Assembly: GCA_031409655.1 (NCBI GenBank)
Contig: JANNXQ010000086.1
Location: 1 to 12,669 of the forward strand
Source of the DNA: Chthoniobacteraceae bacterium
Lineage (GTDB): Bacteria; Verrucomicrobiota; Verrucomicrobiia; Chthoniobacterales; Chthoniobacteraceae
Reading direction: 5' to 3'
Length of the DNA: 12,669 nucleotides
The notes beneath the pieces were generated by a model, which was given only the letters and a program-made list of their open reading frames with translations, was not told the DNA's origin and searched no databases. The translations under genes and the position numbers were made by a program. Below, one piece after another: positions 7,203 to 12,669 of the stretch (its first letter is position 1; each line of letters opens with the position of its first letter).

Positions 7203-7496
7203 ATGTGCGACCGCTTCGTCCAACAAGGCCAGGAAGTCCGACCGGGGCAGCGCGCGCTGGTGCTCCTGCGCGGTCGCGGAGGCGAATGCGAGGTGCCGTT
7301 TGACGAAGCCGTCTTCGGCGGTCCGGCGCGGGACGAGAGCCGCCACTATTGGATCCAGCGCGAGGGAGCGGAGCCCGTGCTGGTGCCGGACATTTCGAGA
7401 TTTGGGGAGAAGGACAAGGCGACGCAGGAGCAGCGGTGCTGGCGCACATTTTCGCGTTTCTTCCATTTCAGAGTTTGTTTGGTGCTCGGAATTTGA
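7203..7496 (+). pseudogene. Repeat copy 3: longest 5' fragment of the SRAP-like gene (97-codon ORF, tail probably unrelated)
   Basis: MCDRF resembles the SRAP start MCGRF, GPARDES resembles NARxE(S/T), and VLVPDISRFGE resembles CLVPADGFYE. There is no HxRMP motif, and the ORF ends in a T-rich tract. Confidence 0.6.
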
Positions 7497-7507
7497 AACT
7501 TGGAATT
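7480..7507. repeat. Short 7-bp periodic tract
   Basis: TGGTGCT-CGGAATT-TGAAACT-TGGAATT. Confidence 0.5.
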
Positions 7508-7519
7508 TTTTCACTCCCC

Positions 7520-8383
7520 TTGGACGAACTCGCGAAAATCAAGATCGGCACCTGCGCCTGGAGCTTTGACGACTGGCGCGGGGTCTTCTATCCGCCGCAT
7601 CTGCCGGCGAATCGGTGGCTGGAGTTTTACGCGCGCCATTTCAACGCGGTGGAGGTGGACTCGACTTTCTATCACACGCCCGCGCCGCATGTGGCCACGC
7701 ACTGGTTTGAAGTCACGCCGCCGGATTTTACTTTCACCTGCAAGCTGCCGCGCGAGATCACCCATGATCGGAAGTTGCGGGAGAGTGCGGATCTCGTGCG
7801 ACATTTTCTCGAAGGGATCACGCCGCTCCGCGCCAAGCTTGGCGGTGTGCTCATTCAACTGCCGCCCTATTTCAGCGTGAAGCATGACGAGTCGGCGCTG
7901 CGCGAGTTTGTGCGGGCGTTGCCTTCCGACTGGCCGTTCGCCCTTGAGTTTCGGAAGAGCGAATGGCATGTGCCGCGGATCGCGCATTTCCTGGAGGAGC
8001 ATCGGGTCGGCTGGGTCTGGAGCGATCTCACGCCGCTCGATCGCCAGGCGGAGGGTGCGTTTGGCTTCCTGCCGGAGACGGTGGACTTCACTTACGTCCG
8101 ATTGATGGGCGATCTGGACACGAAGTATCGGGGCGATGGCTCGACCGTGCATCACTACCGCAGCCTCGCGTGGCCGCGTGACGCCTCGCTGAACCACTGG
8201 GCCGCGCGCATCAAGGAACTCCTGCCGCGAGTTCGGCGCGTCTTTGTGCTCGGCAATAATCACTTCGAAGGTTTCGCGCCGCAGACTTGCGCGCGGATCG
8301 CCGAGCGACTGGACATCCCCATCCGACTGCCCGAGGCGGAAGGCGAAGCTGCGGGGGACGCTCGGCAGATGAAGTTGCTTTGA
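7520..8383 (+). CDS. DUF72 (YecE-like) protein, ~287 aa
   Basis: IGTCAWSFDDWRGVFYP, YARHFNAVEVDSTFY, KLPREITH, LIQLPP, ALEFR, YVRLMG and NNHFEG. TTG start at 7520 is inferred. Confidence 0.92.
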   Translation: MDELAKIKIGTCAWSFDDWRGVFYPPHLPANRWLEFYARHFNAVEVDSTFYHTPAPHVATHWFEVTPPDFTFTCKLPREITHDRKLRESADLVRHFLEGITPLRAKLGGVLIQLPPYFSVKHDESALREFVRALPSDWPFALEFRKSEWHVPRIAHFLEEHRVGWVWSDLTPLDRQAEGAFGFLPETVDFTYVRLMGDLDTKYRGDGSTVHHYRSLAWPRDASLNHWAARIKELLPRVRRVFVLGNNHFEGFAPQTCARIAERLDIPIRLPEAEGEAAGDARQMKLL

Positions 8384-8522
8384 GATGTGCCGCGGCCCGG
8401 AAACGAGGCCGAAACGTCGCCGCGCGGTCGGCCACGCACTCCGAGGTGAGGCTCGCCATGCAGCGGAAAATTTCCCGCTAAGAAACGCAACCGGTGGGGC
8501 TTTGCCGAGTTGCACCGACACT

Positions 8523-9917
8523 ATGAATCTTTCCCAGCACCAACCTTCTCTGAACGACTATTGCTTCAGCCGCCGCCAATTTCTGAATCGCTTCGGGATG
8601 GGCTTCGGCGCGCTCAGCCTCGCCAGCCTTCTCGGCGATAGCGCCCAGGCTGTCACCACTGCGAATCTTTCGCCGCTCGCGCCGCGCCCGTCACAATTCC
8701 CCGGCAAGGCCAAGCGCGTGATCCACATTTTCTCCCAAGGCGGGCCGTCGCACATCGACACCTGGGATCCGAAACCGTCGCTGGCGAAGTATGCCGGTCA
8801 GGACGTGAGCGCCATTGGCGGGATGCCGCTGGCCACGCAGTTCAAATTCACCAAGCGCGGCAAATCCGGCATCGAGGTGAGCGAGATTTTCCCGAAGATC
8901 GGCGAGTGCATCGACGACATCGCGGTGATCCGCTCAATGACCACGGACATCCCGTCGCATGAGTTTGCGACGCTGGTCATGAACACCGGGTCGGGCCGTC
9001 TGGTGAAGCCTTCGATGGGCTCCTGGGTGCTCTACGGGCTCGGTTCGGAGAATCAGAATCTCCCCGGCTTCGTCGCGCTCGGCGGCGGCCTTGGCGGCGC
9101 TTCCAACTGGCGCTCGGCCTTCCTGCCCGGTGCTTTTCAAGGGACGCTCGTGAGTAACGTGAGCACGTCGCCCGACAAGATCATCGAGAACATCAAGAGC
9201 TACCACGCGAACCTCTCGCAGCAGCGCGAGCAGCTCGATCTGCTCAAGGGCTTGAACCAACTGCACTCCGCGTCGCTCAAGAATGAGTCCGTGCTCGAAG
9301 CGCGCATCCAGTCTTTTGAACTCGCCTTCAAGATGCAGACGGAAGCGACGGATGTCTTCGACGTGTCGAAGGAGCCGCAGAATATCCGCGAGATGTACGG
9401 CGACAGCGACATCGGTCGTCGGATGCTCATCTCTCGTCGCTTGGTGGAAAATGGCGTGCGTTTCGTGCAGGTCTGGGCGGGTGGCTGGGATCACCACACG
9501 GACGTGAAGGGGAACCTCATCAAGCAGGCCGGCAATCTCGATCAGCCCGTCGGCGCGCTCCTCAAGGATCTCAAGCAACGCGGCATGCTCGACGACACCC
9601 TCGTCGTCTGGGGCGGTGAATTTGGCCGCACTCCGCGCTTCGATCGCGGCGCCCGGGGCGAACCCGGACGTGACCATCATCACAAGGCCTTCTGTGCCTG
9701 GATGGCCGGCGGCGGCATCAAAGGTGGCCAGGTCTATGGCGCGACGGATGAGTTCGGCCAGGAAGTGGTCGAGGACAAAGTCCACGTCCACGACCTGCAC
9801 GCGACGATCCTGAACCAGCTCGGGTTCGATCATGAGAAACTCACCTATCGTTACAACGGCCGCGATTTCCGCCTCACCGATGTGTACGGGAATGTTGTGA
9901 AGGAGTTGGTCTCGTGA
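8523..9917 (+). CDS. DUF1501 family protein with Tat-like leader, 464 aa
   Basis: SRRQFL, GGPSHIDTWDPKP, GWDHH, WGGEFGRTP, GRDHH, VHVHDLHATIL and RLTDVYG. Confidence 0.93.
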   Translation: MNLSQHQPSLNDYCFSRRQFLNRFGMGFGALSLASLLGDSAQAVTTANLSPLAPRPSQFPGKAKRVIHIFSQGGPSHIDTWDPKPSLAKYAGQDVSAIGGMPLATQFKFTKRGKSGIEVSEIFPKIGECIDDIAVIRSMTTDIPSHEFATLVMNTGSGRLVKPSMGSWVLYGLGSENQNLPGFVALGGGLGGASNWRSAFLPGAFQGTLVSNVSTSPDKIIENIKSYHANLSQQREQLDLLKGLNQLHSASLKNESVLEARIQSFELAFKMQTEATDVFDVSKEPQNIREMYGDSDIGRRMLISRRLVENGVRFVQVWAGGWDHHTDVKGNLIKQAGNLDQPVGALLKDLKQRGMLDDTLVVWGGEFGRTPRFDRGARGEPGRDHHHKAFCAWMAGGGIKGGQVYGATDEFGQEVVEDKVHVHDLHATILNQLGFDHEKLTYRYNGRDFRLTDVYGNVVKELVS

Positions 9918-12669
9918 AGATCGCTTCCGCTCTCTCCGCCTCCTCACTTCTCCTCGCAGCGCTCGCTGGCACCGCTTCCGCGGCGGCGCCGTCGGACCTT
10001 GCCCAGCTCGACTTCTTTGAGAAGAAGATCCGTCCGGTGCTCGCGGAGCAGTGCTACGAATGCCACAGCGCCGGTGCGAAGAAAGTAAAGGGTGGCCTGC
10101 TGCTCGACACGCGTGACGGCGTGCTTAAAGGCGGCGACAGCGGCAACGCGGTCGTCCCCGGCAAGCCGCAGAAGAGCCTGCTGCTCGCGACCATGAAGCA
10201 TGAAGATCCCGATGAGGATCTCCACATGCCGCCGAAGAAGGACAAGCTGCCCGATGAAGTCATCGCCGATTTCGAAACGTGGATCAAGATGGGCGCACCC
10301 GATCCGCGCGACGGCAAGGCCACGCGGCTCTCCTGGGATGCCGAAGTCGCAAAGAAACACTGGGCCTTCAAACCCATCAGCAAGCCCGCCGTGCCGCATG
10401 TCGCGGACAAGACTGGATTCGTGCAGTCACCGATCGACAATTTCGTCCTCGCGAAGCTCACCGAGAAAGGACTCACGCCATCCCGCAAAGCCGACAAACA
10501 CGCGCTCATCCGCCGTGTGACTTATGACCTTACAGGGCTGCCTCCGACCCCGGAGCAGGTCGATGCCTTTGTCGGCGATAACTCCCCGAAGGCCTTCGAG
10601 CAACTCGTCGATCGCCTGCTGGCCACTCCGCAATACGGGGAACGCTGGGCGCGCCATTGGCTCGACGTCGCGCGCTATGCCGACACCACGGGCGACCGCC
10701 AGGCGGCCAGGAGCCAGCCGCTCCTCCCGCACGCTTGGACCTATCGCGACTACGTCATCGACGCGATGAACAAGGATCTGCCCTACGATCAGTTCATCCG
10801 CGAGCAGATCGCCGCGGATCGTCTTCCGGAATCCAAGCAAGAGCCCAAGCGCCTTGCTGCGCTCGGTTTCATCACTGCGGGCAAGACCTTCATGGGCAAT
10901 CAGACCGAGATCATCGACGATCGCATCGACGTCGTGACGAAAGGTCTGATGGGCCTCACCGCCGCCTGCGCGCGCTGCCACGATCACAAGTTCGATCCCA
11001 TCCCGACAAAGGATTACTACTCGCTCTACGGCGTCTTCAACAGCAGCGAGATGCAGGATCCGCTCCCGCTGATCGTCGAGAAGCCGGAAGCCAATCCGCA
11101 CTATCAGGACTTCCTCGCCGAAGTTGCGAAGGTGGACAAGGAAGTCGAACGCTTCACGGACAAGGAAGCGGCGCGGCGCCTCGCGGGAATCCTCGGAAAA
11201 GCCGGCGATTTCATGCTAATGGCGCAGGAGTCCGAGACCTCGACCGACAGTAAGAAGAAAGGGAATAACTTCCGCCTCGCCGCCCGCGAACGCGGCCTCG
11301 ATGCCGAGCTCGCCGCCATGGCGCTCGCGAAAATCAAGCCGCTCGCGAACGCCGGGAAAGCAGATCCGGTCTTCGGCCCATGGGTTTCTTTCACGAAACT
11401 TCCGCCCGCGGAATTCACCGCCAAGGCGCCCGCCCTGGCGGCTGAAGTCTCCGACTCGAAGGACGTGCATCCGCTCATTGCGAAAGCCTTTGCCGGCCAG
11501 CAGCCTGGGTCCTTGAAGGAAGTCAGTGCGATCTACACGAGCGTCCTCGCCGAGCTCCCGAAGCAGATGAAACTCAAGCCTTATGAGGGCGGCAACGGCA
11601 GCATCCGGAACAACAACTTCGACTTCGAGAAAGTGAAGAACCCGATCGCCGATCCCGACTGGGAATCGCTCCGCCAGCACCTCTTCGGCGACGCGTCGCC
11701 GATCATGCCGGATAACCGCACGCTCACCACGGCCCTGGGCGCACAGTTCATCAACTCCGAGAATGTGATTATCGGAAAACGCTACGCGATCGAGATGACG
11801 CATCCCGGCGCGCCCGCCCGGGCGATGGCCCTCGAGGATAAATCCCGTCCCAAAGACGCGCCGGTCTTCATCCGCGGCGAACCGAAGAATTTCGGACCGA
11901 TCGTTCCGCGCCAGTTCCTGGAGATCATCGCCGGCGCCGACCGCAAGCCCTTCCCGCAGGACAGCAGCGGTCGCCTCGAAATGGCCCAAGCCATCACCGA
12001 CCGCAATAATCCGCTCACCGCTCGCGTCCTCGTGAATCGTGCCTGGCAGTGGCACTTCGGCCAGGCCATCGTGCGCACCGTGAGCGACTTCGGCACCCGC
12101 TCCGAGCCACCGACGCATCCCGAGTTACTCGACTGGATGGCGACTTGGTTCATGGACAATGGTTGGTCGCTGAAGAAGTTGCACAAACTCATGATCATGT
12201 CCGGCACCTACCAGCAGGACAGTCGCCCGATCGCGAAGGCCATGCAGGCCGATGCCACCAATCAGTGGCTCTGGCGCTACAACATCCGCCGGCTCGATTT
12301 CGAAGAGATCCGCGACACCATGCTCGTGCTCGGCGGCAATCTCGACGGGAAGATGGGTGGCCAACCGATCGCCATCACTGCGTCCACGGGTTCCGGCAGA
12401 TATGGCGGCGGCATGTTGGCCAGCATGTCCTCCGAGACGAAGAACCCGAATCGCCGGACCGTCTATGCGATGATCGACCGGGCCGCGCTGCCCGACATGT
12501 TCCAGACATTCGACTTTGCAAACCCCGACATGAGCACCGGCGAGCGTATCCTCACCACCGTGCCGCAGCAGGCGCTCTTCATGTTGAACAGCCCCTTCGT
12601 CGCTGGACAGGTGCGCAAACTCATTGCGCGTCCCGACTTTCCGACCTCCGGCAGCGCCGAGGAAAAAGT
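9914..12669 (+). CDS. Planctomycete cytochrome c / DUF1549 / DUF1553 (PSD1) protein, truncated by the window edge
   Basis: Absent from the ORF track because there is no stop in the window. GTG overlaps the DUF1501 stop. It has a signal-peptide-like start MKIASALSASSLLLAALAGTASA, FFEKKIRPVLAEQCYECH, GERWARHWLDVARYADT, ACARCHDHKFDP and NPLTARVLVNRAWQWHFG. Confidence 0.93.
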   Translation, partial: MKIASALSASSLLLAALAGTASAAAPSDLAQLDFFEKKIRPVLAEQCYECHSAGAKKVKGGLLLDTRDGVLKGGDSGNAVVPGKPQKSLLLATMKHEDPDEDLHMPPKKDKLPDEVIADFETWIKMGAPDPRDGKATRLSWDAEVAKKHWAFKPISKPAVPHVADKTGFVQSPIDNFVLAKLTEKGLTPSRKADKHALIRRVTYDLTGLPPTPEQVDAFVGDNSPKAFEQLVDRLLATPQYGERWARHWLDVARYADTTGDRQAARSQPLLPHAWTYRDYVIDAMNKDLPYDQFIREQIAADRLPESKQEPKRLAALGFITAGKTFMGNQTEIIDDRIDVVTKGLMGLTAACARCHDHKFDPIPTKDYYSLYGVFNSSEMQDPLPLIVEKPEANPHYQDFLAEVAKVDKEVERFTDKEAARRLAGILGKAGDFMLMAQESETSTDSKKKGNNFRLAARERGLDAELAAMALAKIKPLANAGKADPVFGPWVSFTKLPPAEFTAKAPALAAEVSDSKDVHPLIAKAFAGQQPGSLKEVSAIYTSVLAELPKQMKLKPYEGGNGSIRNNNFDFEKVKNPIADPDWESLRQHLFGDASPIMPDNRTLTTALGAQFINSENVIIGKRYAIEMTHPGAPARAMALEDKSRPKDAPVFIRGEPKNFGPIVPRQFLEIIAGADRKPFPQDSSGRLEMAQAITDRNNPLTARVLVNRAWQWHFGQAIVRTVSDFGTRSEPPTHPELLDWMATWFMDNGWSLKKLHKLMIMSGTYQQDSRPIAKAMQADATNQWLWRYNIRRLDFEEIRDTMLVLGGNLDGKMGGQPIAITASTGSGRYGGGMLASMSSETKNPNRRTVYAMIDRAALPDMFQTFDFANPDMSTGERILTTVPQQALFMLNSPFVAGQVRKLIARPDFPTSGSAEEK

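Noticed and set aside
5304..7400. DGR template/variable repeats
   Set aside because: Differences are not adenine-specific, they favour third codon positions, and there is no reverse transcriptase in the window.
5304..7400. Integron attC sites
   Set aside because: The repeats look protein-coding, I saw no RYYYAAC...GTTRRRY palindromic structure, and there is no intI.
6410..8522. Extended starts at 6410, 7349 and 8385 in the ORF track
   Set aside because: They overlap other genes or repeats, and family motifs begin at 6662, about 7520 and 8523.
7511..12364. Long minus-strand ORFs (7511..8521, 8934..9947, 10427..11101, 11216..12118 and others)
   Set aside because: Antisense shadows of well-supported high-GC plus-strand genes, with no recognisable motifs.

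Overview
Bacterial DNA, probably Verrucomicrobia/Planctomycetes given the DUF1501 plus planctomycete-cytochrome-c/PSD1 gene pair. Bases 1-7500 are an accessory region and the rest looks like core genome. In order: (1) a degenerate 21-bp tandem array whose units are quasi-palindromic; (2) a stand-alone HUH/Y1 (IS200/RAYT-type) transposase between mirror-image REP-like hairpin clusters; (3) a lower-GC, translationally coupled minus-strand pair encoding a Ser/Thr kinase-TPR protein and a putative PD-(D/E)xK-fold protein, a candidate defence system; (4) a complete 901-bp IS5-family element with TIRs, a TAA duplication and a -1 frameshift, inserted in a promoter -10 box; (5) two unrelated antitoxin-PIN toxin modules interleaved with three ~92%-identical truncated copies of the 5' end of an SRAP-like gene, giving a cassette-array architecture; (6) DUF72, DUF1501 and a PSD1/cytochrome-c gene running off the right edge. 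All alignments and counts were done by hand, and family calls come from motif recognition, not database searches.
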